DNA of 64,000 nucleotides from Escherichia coli (GTDB lineage Bacteria; Pseudomonadota; Gammaproteobacteria; Enterobacterales; Enterobacteriaceae): NCBI RefSeq assembly GCF_003334815.1, contig NZ_QOWO01000007.1; one strand, 5' to 3'. Shown piece by piece: positions 53,801 to 64,000 of this stretch (position 1 is its first letter; each line of letters starts with the position of its first letter). The notes under the pieces were generated by a model. It saw only the letters and a program-made list of their open reading frames with translations, ran no database searches and was not told where the DNA came from. The position numbers and the translations under genes were made by a program.

Positions 53801-56584
53801 CAGACGGGTGTTATCAATATCAATGTTGGTACTGGTCAGGCGTTTTATAACGATGGCACAGGAACAATTGTTAACTATGGTACAATCTGCACTTTCGGCG
53901 TGTGCCAATCGGGGAATGAGTACAATAATACAGATGATTTCACCTCACTGATCTATACCGGTGGCGATACGATTACACGAAGCGGAGAAACTGTAACGCT
54001 AAATAAATCTGCTGCTGTGACTGATAAGCTGGCTGGGAATGTTGTTAATAGCGGAACGCTTTCCGGTGATCAAATTACGGTATCAAGCGGTCTTCTGGAA
54101 AATACCAGCGGTGGCATCATCAATAACTTAGTAAAACTTGACAAGGGTGCCGTCATTAAAAATGCCGGGGTGATGACGAATAACGTCGATGTTAGCGGTG
54201 GAATCCTCAATAATGCCGGAGAAATGACTGCGCAAATTACCATGAATGCTGGTGCTGATAGTTCGTTAGTGAACAACACCGGAACCATCAATAAAATCGT
54301 GCAGAACGCGGGGGTATTCAATAATAGTGGCAGTGTAACAGGGCGGATGATGTCGGCTGGCGGGGTCTTTAATAATCAAACTGACGGGGCGATTATGAGA
54401 GGTGCTGCGCTGACAGGTACTGCAGTGGCAAATAACGAAGGAACCTGGAACCTCGGAAGTAGTAGTGAGGGTAACAACACCGGGATGCTGGAAGTTAATA
54501 ATAATTCAGCTTTCAATAACCGCGGCGAGTTTATTCTTGATAACGACAAGAATGCTGTGCACATCAACCAGTCCGGTACGCTTTATAATACCGGTCACAT
54601 GAACATCAGTAATTCTTCCCACAACGGAGCCGTTAATATGTGGGGCGGAAATGGTCGTTTTATCAATGACGGAACGATTGATGTTTCTGCGAAGTCACTG
54701 GTAGTCAGCGCTAATAATGCCGGCGATCAGAATGCCTTCTTCTGGAACCAGGATAACGGGGTCATCAACTTCGATCACGACAGCGCCAGTGCCGTGAAAG
54801 TCACCCACAGCAACTTTATTGCCCAGAATGACGGCATCATGAACATCAGCGGCACCGGTGCTGTGGCTATGGAAGGTGATAAGAACGCGCAGCTGGTTAA
54901 CAATGGCACCATCAACCTCGGTACCGCAGGCACTACTGACACGGGTATGATCGGTATGCAACTCGATGCCAACGCCACGGCGGATGCGGTAATCGAAAAC
55001 AACGGCACCATCAATATCTTCGCCAATGACTCGTTTGCATTTAGCGTACTGGGTACAGTAGGTCATGTGGTTAACAACGGCACGGTGGTGATTGCCGATG
55101 GGGTTACGGGTTCTGGACTGATCAAGCAGGGCGACAGCATCAATGTTGAAGGTATGAACGGTAACAACGGTAATAGCAGCGAAGTGCATTATGGCGACTA
55201 TACGTTGCCGGATGTGCCGAAGCCCAATACGGTTAGTGTAACGTCGGGAAGTGATGAGGCTGGTGGCAGCATGAACAACCTCAACGGCTATGTCGTCGGT
55301 ACCAACGTTAACGGCAGCGCCGGGAAGCTGAAGGTTAACAATGCCAGCATGAACGGCGTGGAGATTAACACGGGCTTTACCGCTGGTACGGCAGACACCA
55401 CTGTGAGTTTTGATAACGTAGTGGAAGGTAGCAACCTGACCGACGCTGACGCCATCACCTCAACGTCCGTGGTATGGACTGCCAAAGGCAGCACCGATGC
55501 CAGCGGTAACGTTGACGTCACCATGAGCAAAAATGCCTACACCGATGTGGCAACAGATGCCTCGGTGAATGACATCGCGAAAGCACTGGATGCGGGTTAC
55601 ACCAACAACGAACTGTTTACCAGCCTGAACGTCGGCACGACTGCTGAACTGAACAGTGCTCTGAAACAGGTCAGCGGTAGCCAGGCGACCACGGTATTCC
55701 GCGAAGCGCGCGTGTTAAGCAACCGCTTTAGTATGCTGGCAGATGCCGCGCCGAAAGTGGGTAACGGTCTGGCGTTCAACGTTGTCGCGAAAGGCGATCC
55801 GCGTGCCGAGTTAGGTAATAATACCGAATACGACATGCTGGCATTGCGTAAAACTATCGACCTGAGCGAAAGCCAGACGATGAGTCTGGAGTACGGTATC
55901 GCTCGTCTCGATGGTGATGGTGCGCAGAAAGCGGGTGATAATGGCGTTACAGGCGGTTATAGCCAGTTTTTTGGCCTGAAACATCAGATGTCGTTCGATA
56001 ACGGCATGAACTGGAATAACGCCTTGCGTTACGACGTTCACAACCTTGACAGCAGCCGCTCGATTGCATTTGGCAACACGAACAAAACGGCTGATACCGA
56101 CGTGAAACAGCAGTACCTGGAGTTCCGCAGCGAAGGGGCGAAGACTTTCGAACCGAGCGAAGGACTGAAGGTTACGCCATATGCGGGTGTAAAACTGCGT
56201 CACACACTGGAAGGTGGCTATCAGGAGCGCAATGCCGGAGACTTTAACCTGAATATGAACAGTGGCAGCGAAACGGCGGTGGACAGCATCGTCGGGCTGA
56301 AACTGGACTACGCAGGTAAAGACGGCTGGAGCGCTAGCGCTACGCTGGAAGGCGGGCCGAACCTGAGCTACGCGAAGAGCCAGCGTACGGCAAGCCTGGC
56401 AGGCGCAGGCAGTCAGCACTTTAACGTCGATGACGGTCAGAAGGGCGGCGGCATCAATAGCCTGACAAGCGTCGGCGTGAAGTACAGCAGCAAAGAAAGT
56501 TCGCTGAATCTGGATGCGTACAACTGGAAAGAGGATGGCATCAGCGATAAAGGCGTGATGCTGAACTTCAAGAAAACGTTCTAA
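50816..56584 (+). CDS. ydbA: large AIDA-like autotransporter adhesin, intact
   Basis: 1922 aa; signal peptide; repetitive Gly/Asn/Thr passenger; C-terminal beta-barrel ending KKTF. Confidence 0.9.
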   Translation: MQRKTLLSACIALALSGQGWAADITEVETTTGEKKNTNVTCPADPGKLSPEELKRLPSECSPLVEQNLMPWLSTGAAALITALAVVELNDDDDHHHRNNSPLPPTPPDDESDDTPVPPTPGGDEIIPDDPDDTPTPPKPVSFNNDVILDKTEKTLTIRDSVFTYTENADGTISLQDSNGRKATINLWQIDEANNTVALEGVSADGATKWQYNHNGELVITGDNATVNNNGKTTVDGKDSTGTEINGNNGKVIQDGDLDVSGGGHGIDITGDSATVDNKGTMTVTDPESMGIQIDGDKAIVNNEGESTITNGGTGTQINGDDATANNNGKTTVDGKDSTGTEINGNNGKVIQDGDLDVSGGGHGIDITGDSATVDNKGTMTVTDPESIGIQIDGDQAIVNNEGESTITNGGTGTQINGNDATANNSGKTTVDGKDSTGTKIAGNIGIVNLDGSLTVTGGAHGVENIGDNGTVNNKGDIVVSDTGSIGVLINGEGATVSNTGDVNVSNEATGFSITTNSGKVSLAGSMQVGDFSTGVDLNGNNNSVTLAAKDLKVVGQKATGINVSGDANTVNITGNVLVDKDKTADNAAEYFFDPSVGINVYGSDNNVTLDGKLTVVSDSEVTSRQSNLFDGSAEKTSGLVVIGDGNTVNMNGGLELIGEKNALADGSQVTSLRTGYSYTSVIVVSGESSVYLNGDTTISGEFPLGFAGVIRVQDKALLEIGSGATLTMQDIDSFEHHGTRTPELTYADSGAKIVNKGTVEIQNLGFAFVTGENTTGINSGTISLLQNGKDPAPSPIVLLATNGGSATNAGTITGKVTEQHSVFNKYSTGTSNSFIFNNDVSSITGLVAQSNSTIINTDSGIIDLYGRGSVGMLAIADSTAENQGKITLDSMWVDANDTTAMRDIASNSAIDFGTGVGVGTDSYSGAGKNATAINQLGGVITIYNAGAGMAAYGASNTVINQGTINLEKNGNYDDSLAANTLVGMAVYEHGTAINDQTGVININVGTGQAFYNDGTGTIVNYGTICTFGVCQSGNEYNNTDDFTSLIYTGGDTITRSGETVTLNKSAAVTDKLAGNVVNSGTLSGDQITVSSGLLENTSGGIINNLVKLDKGAVIKNAGVMTNNVDVSGGILNNAGEMTAQITMNAGADSSLVNNTGTINKIVQNAGVFNNSGSVTGRMMSAGGVFNNQTDGAIMRGAALTGTAVANNEGTWNLGSSSEGNNTGMLEVNNNSAFNNRGEFILDNDKNAVHINQSGTLYNTGHMNISNSSHNGAVNMWGGNGRFINDGTIDVSAKSLVVSANNAGDQNAFFWNQDNGVINFDHDSASAVKVTHSNFIAQNDGIMNISGTGAVAMEGDKNAQLVNNGTINLGTAGTTDTGMIGMQLDANATADAVIENNGTINIFANDSFAFSVLGTVGHVVNNGTVVIADGVTGSGLIKQGDSINVEGMNGNNGNSSEVHYGDYTLPDVPKPNTVSVTSGSDEAGGSMNNLNGYVVGTNVNGSAGKLKVNNASMNGVEINTGFTAGTADTTVSFDNVVEGSNLTDADAITSTSVVWTAKGSTDASGNVDVTMSKNAYTDVATDASVNDIAKALDAGYTNNELFTSLNVGTTAELNSALKQVSGSQATTVFREARVLSNRFSMLADAAPKVGNGLAFNVVAKGDPRAELGNNTEYDMLALRKTIDLSESQTMSLEYGIARLDGDGAQKAGDNGVTGGYSQFFGLKHQMSFDNGMNWNNALRYDVHNLDSSRSIAFGNTNKTADTDVKQQYLEFRSEGAKTFEPSEGLKVTPYAGVKLRHTLEGGYQERNAGDFNLNMNSGSETAVDSIVGLKLDYAGKDGWSASATLEGGPNLSYAKSQRTASLAGAGSQHFNVDDGQKGGGINSLTSVGVKYSSKESSLNLDAYNWKEDGISDKGVMLNFKKTF
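51491..52078 (+). repeat. two near-identical 294-bp (98-codon) in-frame tandem repeats in ydbA passenger, followed by a diverged third unit
   Basis: unit 1 from 51491 and unit 2 from 51785 both encode (V/A)NNNGKTTVDGKDSTGTEINGNNGKVIQDGDLDVSGGGHGIDITGDSATVDNKGTMTVTDPES... Confidence 0.75.
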
Positions 56585-56604
56585 TTTTTAGCATGTGATC
56601 CCTA

Positions 56605-56637
56605 AACCGCAACGCTGATACAGGTTGCGGTTTTTTT
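56605..56637 (+). terminator. intrinsic terminator of ydbA
   Basis: AACCGCAAC-loop-GTTGCGGTT followed by T7. Confidence 0.6.
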
Positions 56638-56791
56638 ATTGCCGGATGTGGTACGTGACGCGTTTTGTTTTGTGTCTTTCAGGACAATAGAGCAACTCAT
56701 CCAGTAATCTTGTTTACACCTTCGCATTATTTATCTCTTTTCGTTTCTATACTGATTTTTCTTAATCCGTTTTATTACAGGGCAGGGTGCG

Positions 56792-57652
56792 ATGAGCAGC
56801 AATACATTTACTCTCGGTACAAAATCCGTTAACCGTCTTGGTTATGGCGCGATGCAACTGGCAGGTCCTGGAGTTTTTGGCCCCCCACGAGATCGCCACG
56901 TCGCTATAACCGTGCTGCGTGAGGCGCTGGCATTGGGCGTCAATCATATTGATACCAGCGACTTTTATGGTCCGCACGTCACCAATCAGATTATCCGCGA
57001 AGCGCTTTATCCTTACTCTGACGACCTGACAATTGTCACTAAAATTGGTGCGCGGCGTGGAGAGGACGTATCCTGGTTGCCCGCATTTTCTCCGGCAGAG
57101 CTGCAAAAAGCGGTGCACGATAATCTACGTAATCTCGGGCTGGACGTGCTGGATGTGGTTAACCTGCGCGTTATGATGGGGGATGGTCATGGCCCAGCGG
57201 AAGGATCGATTGAGGCCAGCCTGACCGTGCTGGCAGAGATGCAACAACAAGGCCTGGTAAAACATATTGGCCTGAGCAACGTCACACCGACGCAGGTTGC
57301 AGAGGCGCGCAAGATTGCCGAAATTGTCTGTGTGCAAAACGAATACAACATCGCGCACCGTGCTGATGATGCAATGATTGATGCTTTGGCCCACGATGGC
57401 ATTGCCTACGTGCCGTTCTTCCCGCTCGGGGGCTTTACACCGCTGCAATCGTCCACACTTTCCGATGTTGCTGCGAGCCTGGGTGCAACACCAATGCAGG
57501 TGGCGCTGGCGTGGCTGTTACAGCGTTCACCGAATATTTTGCTGATCCCAGGGACGTCTTCGGTTGCGCATTTACGGGAGAATATGGCTGCTGAAAAATT
57601 GCATCTTTCTGAGGAAGTGTTGTCTACGTTGGATGGTATTTCGCGAGAATAA
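56792..57652 (+). CDS. ydbC: aldo-keto reductase family oxidoreductase
   Basis: 286 aa, AKR fold. Confidence 0.9.
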   Translation: MSSNTFTLGTKSVNRLGYGAMQLAGPGVFGPPRDRHVAITVLREALALGVNHIDTSDFYGPHVTNQIIREALYPYSDDLTIVTKIGARRGEDVSWLPAFSPAELQKAVHDNLRNLGLDVLDVVNLRVMMGDGHGPAEGSIEASLTVLAEMQQQGLVKHIGLSNVTPTQVAEARKIAEIVCVQNEYNIAHRADDAMIDALAHDGIAYVPFFPLGGFTPLQSSTLSDVAASLGATPMQVALAWLLQRSPNILLIPGTSSVAHLRENMAAEKLHLSEEVLSTLDGISRE

Positions 57653-57662
57653 CGAATATACA

Positions 57663-57690
57663 AAAGGGAAAGATGCATTTCCCTTTTTTT
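57663..57690 (+). terminator. intrinsic terminator of ydbC
   Basis: GGGAAA-gatgca-TTTCCC followed by T7. Confidence 0.6.
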
Positions 57691-57714
57691 CTTTTTTAAT
57701 GGCATGGAGTGCAT

Positions 57715-60021
57715 ATGTTTAAGGCCAGGAATTGCGGCTGGATACGTTTACTGCCCCTGTTTATGCTGAGTCTACCAGTACAGGCGGAACTTCGATGTGT
57801 TGCAAATGCAGTTGATATTGAATCATTTTTTTCTGCGGCTACCGCTGAAGATAAACAACAAGTTGAACAAGCTATCAACAGTAGCGTGAATCTTGTCCCC
57901 TTCGGTTTATCTGCATCGAACTGGAAAGTGCATCGTGGCGATTTAGTGGTAGAAGGTAATATAGAGAGTAATCAAAAATTGATTGTTCTTGGGAATTTGA
58001 CAGTCAAAGGTAATATTTCCACTTTCTCTCTTTCTAATCCATGGGTTATTCTCGGTAACGTGACGGCAACGAATATAGTTGCGGATTCACCACTGTTAAT
58101 TACCGGTTCGATAAATGCAAGTGGACTGGTATTTATCGACTCATATTACGATAATCCGTCTACGATTAAGGGGAGTATTAATGCGCGTGGGATATTTATC
58201 AATGACATAATTGCACCTGTTGTTGCGTCTTCGACAAATAGTGAATTCATGGTCCGTGCGAGTGACAAACATGACACTGAAAATGTCAAAAAAGCGCTGA
58301 TGATAATAAATCCTGATGCATATTATTGGGGGCTAATTAATGATGAAGATGCTCTGAAAGAAATTTTTAAGCGAAGCAATATTCGCATGGCAGGGAATGT
58401 CTGTAATCAGATGAAAAAAGAAGCGCTGTTTCGCCCTAAGCCTTCTCCTGAGTTAGTGCAAGAATTGCAAATGCTGGATGAAGGCAAAGTTGCTGCATTT
58501 GAAGGACGAGACATTGCGACATTTGATCTTGCCGTAATGCGAACTCTCCCAAGGCTTAAAGGAATTTCAGCTAACCTACGCAAACAACTTATTAATAGCA
58601 ATGATGAACAAACGATTGAAAGTATGGCGAGATATATGCCTGACAATGAGATTCTGGAGTTGACCGATCAGCAATTGGGTTACCAGCCTGTTGTTCTGGG
58701 GTTGCTCGACCGTGAACCGCTCTCTGTCGAAATAATGACGCGAATGAGTCGTCTACCTGATGGTGTCGGTCCGTTGAATCTTGCGCTACGTGAAAATCTC
58801 CCTCTGGATATCGTCATGACTCTGGCGAAAAGAGATTGGGATATGATCATTCAGGAGCTTTATAAAGATGCGTGGTTATTGCCTGAATCCATTATTGATG
58901 GCTATATCCGCAGTGATGATTCCTCTATTCGTCAGGTCGGTGCTGGAGGACAACTCACCTACAATCAGGCAATGCAGTTGGCGAACGATTCATCAAACAA
59001 TGTTGTCACAAGCTTAGCGTTCAAGCTGGCAGAGATGAAACACCATGGTCAATTGTTGCGGATGACGCCACAAGAGAGTGACAAAGTTGCAGGCTATTTA
59101 TACCAAAAATTCGAGAATGACGATGATCTAATACGTGTGTTATTTTTAGCATTGCCAGATAACTTACAGTTTAATTTTGTTAAAAGGATGGAGAAAAAAT
59201 CCCCGGCCTACTTTTGCTGTCGGGATATGCAGGTAATTCACTCTGACGCTGCTTTACAACGGTTATTGACACGTTTCAACGATCCTGAAGGGTGGAGTAA
59301 TCTGGCGAAAAATCAGTATCTGAGCACGTCGATGAAACAAAAAATTTGGCAACGTGCTTTATCGCATCGGAAAAATAATCCGAAAGCAGATTCAGATGCA
59401 TATGAAACCAGCGCTGATATGATTTTGTCTGAGCTGATTAGCCACGGCGAAGTTGATGACCAGATGCTATTAAATGCCACCGCCCTGATACGTTCGGACG
59501 ACTGGGACTTTTTAGAGAGTGCATTAATTAGTTGGGATAATTTACCCGCTGTTGTTCTCAAGGAATTACAGCAAAACACGCCACGCAATGATATTTGGGC
59601 GAAGTTTTTTCTGAGGCAGGAAAACAGTTCCCGTGCGCAGGTTGACGAAGCGTTACGTGTTTATTATGCACTAGACCCCGATGCGTTAGCACAACTGGAT
59701 GTACTGGCAAAACAACCGGATCGTATATGGTGGAGTACACTGGCGAAAAGCAATCTCACATTTTTCAAGTTCGGCGCACTTAACAACCGCCACACACCGC
59801 CTGCAGTACTGGCGGCAGAAATTGATCCCGAGTGGTGGATTGTGGCGATGAATAATCCCCGTTTTCCAGTTGATGTATTAAAGGCGAGGCTGAAACGTGA
59901 TCCTTTGCTGGCGTTAGAGCTTGTTAACCCTGAACTGGATTTAGTCCGCCAGCTGGCGCTTAACGGTAAGACGCGCGCAATACGGGAACAAGCGATGAGA
60001 AAACTTGATGAGTTGTATTGA
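57715..60021 (+). CDS. ydbD: large protein of unknown function with signal peptide
   Basis: ORF track 57709..60021; start at MFKARNCGW (768 aa); no catalytic motif recognised; AT-rich by eye. Confidence 0.85.
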   Translation: MFKARNCGWIRLLPLFMLSLPVQAELRCVANAVDIESFFSAATAEDKQQVEQAINSSVNLVPFGLSASNWKVHRGDLVVEGNIESNQKLIVLGNLTVKGNISTFSLSNPWVILGNVTATNIVADSPLLITGSINASGLVFIDSYYDNPSTIKGSINARGIFINDIIAPVVASSTNSEFMVRASDKHDTENVKKALMIINPDAYYWGLINDEDALKEIFKRSNIRMAGNVCNQMKKEALFRPKPSPELVQELQMLDEGKVAAFEGRDIATFDLAVMRTLPRLKGISANLRKQLINSNDEQTIESMARYMPDNEILELTDQQLGYQPVVLGLLDREPLSVEIMTRMSRLPDGVGPLNLALRENLPLDIVMTLAKRDWDMIIQELYKDAWLLPESIIDGYIRSDDSSIRQVGAGGQLTYNQAMQLANDSSNNVVTSLAFKLAEMKHHGQLLRMTPQESDKVAGYLYQKFENDDDLIRVLFLALPDNLQFNFVKRMEKKSPAYFCCRDMQVIHSDAALQRLLTRFNDPEGWSNLAKNQYLSTSMKQKIWQRALSHRKNNPKADSDAYETSADMILSELISHGEVDDQMLLNATALIRSDDWDFLESALISWDNLPAVVLKELQQNTPRNDIWAKFFLRQENSSRAQVDEALRVYYALDPDALAQLDVLAKQPDRIWWSTLAKSNLTFFKFGALNNRHTPPAVLAAEIDPEWWIVAMNNPRFPVDVLKARLKRDPLLALELVNPELDLVRQLALNGKTRAIREQAMRKLDELY

Positions 60022-60191
60022 TCCACAACGTAATGTTTTTTAACTATCTGATTAATTGGGGATAATCATTCCTGACAGTGAGTCCCCAATACCTTGATAT
60101 ATTCTGAATTTTTAATGAAACGGCGTGTTGCGATATCTCCGTCAGGGGAATTGATGCACCATAGCGCAAACCGAATTATCAAGGATTGATA

Positions 60192-60797
60192 ATGACGCTC
60201 TACCAGATAAAACCGCTCTTTCAGTCGCTGTTAAGGCCGACGATGTTTTGGCTTTATAAGCACCACGTTACAGCGAATCACATCACTCTTGCTGCACTGG
60301 CGCTTTCTCTTCTTACCGGATTGCTGTTGATGTTGGCGGCACAACCCATCCTCTTTTTGCTATTGCCCATCGTGCTTTTTATCCGTATGGCGCTCAATGC
60401 GCTGGATGGCATGTTGGCGCGTGAGTGCAACCAGCAAACACGTCTGGGGGCGATTTTGAATGAGACTGGCGATGTTATTTCCGATATTGCGCTCTATTTA
60501 CCATTTTTATTTTTACCGGAAAGTAACGCATCACTCGTGATACTCATGTTATTTTGCACCATATTGACCGAGTTTTGCGGTTTACTCGCGCAGACGATTA
60601 ACGGTGTTCGCAGTTATGCCGGTCCATTTGGCAAAAGCGATCGCGCGTTAATATTTGGTCTGTGGGGTCTGGCCGTTGCCATTTATCCACAGTGGATGCA
60701 GTGGAATAATCTTTTATGGAGCATTGCTTCAATTCTGCTTCTCTGGACTGCGATTAATCGTTGTCGGAGTGTGCTTCTTATGAGCGCTGAAATATAA
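60192..60797 (+). CDS. ynbA: CDP-alcohol phosphatidyltransferase-family membrane protein
   Basis: ORF track 60186..60797; DGMLARECNQQTRLGAILNETGDVISD resembles the DGxxAR...G...D...D signature. Confidence 0.85.
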   Translation: MTLYQIKPLFQSLLRPTMFWLYKHHVTANHITLAALALSLLTGLLLMLAAQPILFLLLPIVLFIRMALNALDGMLARECNQQTRLGAILNETGDVISDIALYLPFLFLPESNASLVILMLFCTILTEFCGLLAQTINGVRSYAGPFGKSDRALIFGLWGLAVAIYPQWMQWNNLLWSIASILLLWTAINRCRSVLLMSAEI

Positions 60798-61693
60798 TGC
60801 TGGAAAAATCTCTGGCAACACTTTTCGCGTTGTTAATTTTAGCAACGCTGATAAACCGTTTTCTGCTATGGCGGTTACCGGAGAGAAAAGGGGGTGAGGT
60901 TACATTACGTATTCGTACCTGGTGGGGCATCGTCATTTGTTTTTCAATGGTGATTTCAGGTCCACGCTGGATGACGTTGACGTTTTTTGCGCTGATAAGT
61001 TTTCTGGCATTGAAAGAATATTGTACGCTTATATCTGTACATTTTCCGCGTTGGTTATATTGGGGTATTCCTCTTAACTATTTGCTTATCGGTTTTAATT
61101 GCTTTGAGCTGTTTCTGTTATTTATACCTTTGGCTGGGTTTCTGATATTAGCCACCGGGCAAGTTTTAGTGGGTGACCCCTCTGGTTTTCTGCATACCGT
61201 GAGCGCCATTTTTTGGGGCTGGATAATGACCGTTTTCGCCTTGAGTCATGCCGCCTGGTTATTAATGTTGCCAACCACAAATATCCAGGGCGGGGCGTTA
61301 CTGGTGTTATTTCTTTTGGCATTAACCGAGTCAAACGATATTGCACAGTATTTATGGGGAAAATCCTGCGGCAGAAGAAAAGTGGTCCCTAAAGTCAGCC
61401 CGGGAAAAACATTGGAAGGTCTGATGGGCGGCGTCATCACCATCATGATTGCGTCACTGATTATCGGACCGTTACTGACACCGCTAAATACATTACAGGC
61501 ATTATTAGCGGGTTTGTTAATTGGTATTAGTGGTTTTTGCGGCGATGTCGTGATGTCAGCCATCAAACGAGATATTGGTGTTAAAGATAGCGGAAAACTA
61601 TTGCCAGGACATGGCGGACTCCTTGACAGGATTGACTCATTAATTTTCACCGCTCCGGTATTTTTTTATTTTATACGCTACTGCTGTTACTGA
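60797..61693 (+). CDS. ynbB: CDP-diglyceride synthase (CdsA)-family membrane protein
   Basis: 298 aa; signature SAIKRDIGVKDSGKLLPGHGGLLDRIDSL; start overlaps ynbA stop (TAATG). Confidence 0.85.
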   Translation: MLEKSLATLFALLILATLINRFLLWRLPERKGGEVTLRIRTWWGIVICFSMVISGPRWMTLTFFALISFLALKEYCTLISVHFPRWLYWGIPLNYLLIGFNCFELFLLFIPLAGFLILATGQVLVGDPSGFLHTVSAIFWGWIMTVFALSHAAWLLMLPTTNIQGGALLVLFLLALTESNDIAQYLWGKSCGRRKVVPKVSPGKTLEGLMGGVITIMIASLIIGPLLTPLNTLQALLAGLLIGISGFCGDVVMSAIKRDIGVKDSGKLLPGHGGLLDRIDSLIFTAPVFFYFIRYCCY

Positions 61694-61708
61694 AGGAAAA
61701 TAGAGAAA

Positions 61709-64000
<2,292 letters not shown>

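Overview
This 64 kb window is a gene-dense stretch of Escherichia coli-type chromosome that I recognise, from the translated ORFs and from memory of K-12 gene order, as the interval mpaA-ymjC-ycjYZ-mppA-ynaIJ-uspE-fnr-ogt-abgTBAR-smrA-dgcM-zntB-dbpA-ttcA-uspF-ompN-ydbK-ydbJ-hslJ-ldhA-ydbH-ynbE-ydbL-feaRB-tynA-paaZ-paaABCDEFGHIJK-paaXY-ydbA-ydbCD-ynbABCD. No database search was run; gene names rest on recall plus motifs visible in the translations. Three small RNAs sit in intergenic spacers (McaS, FnrS, MicC). I see no prophage, IS element, integrase, CRISPR array or foreign cargo: ttcA runs straight into uspF, ynaI-ynaJ is uninterrupted, and ydbA is one intact 1922-codon ORF. I therefore find no sequence evidence for an inserted, previously undescribed system. 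The observations most worth a second look are: ynbC broken by two frameshifts inside the poorly characterised ynbABCD lipid-enzyme-like operon; a 27/29-nt direct repeat bracketing ymjC'-ycjY-ycjZ; a proline-rich 57-codon ORF with a Shine-Dalgarno between FnrS and dbpA; and near-identical 294-bp tandem repeats in ydbA. Start codons were adjusted from the ORF track where the track began upstream of the likely start; all coordinates were counted by hand and may be off by a few nt.
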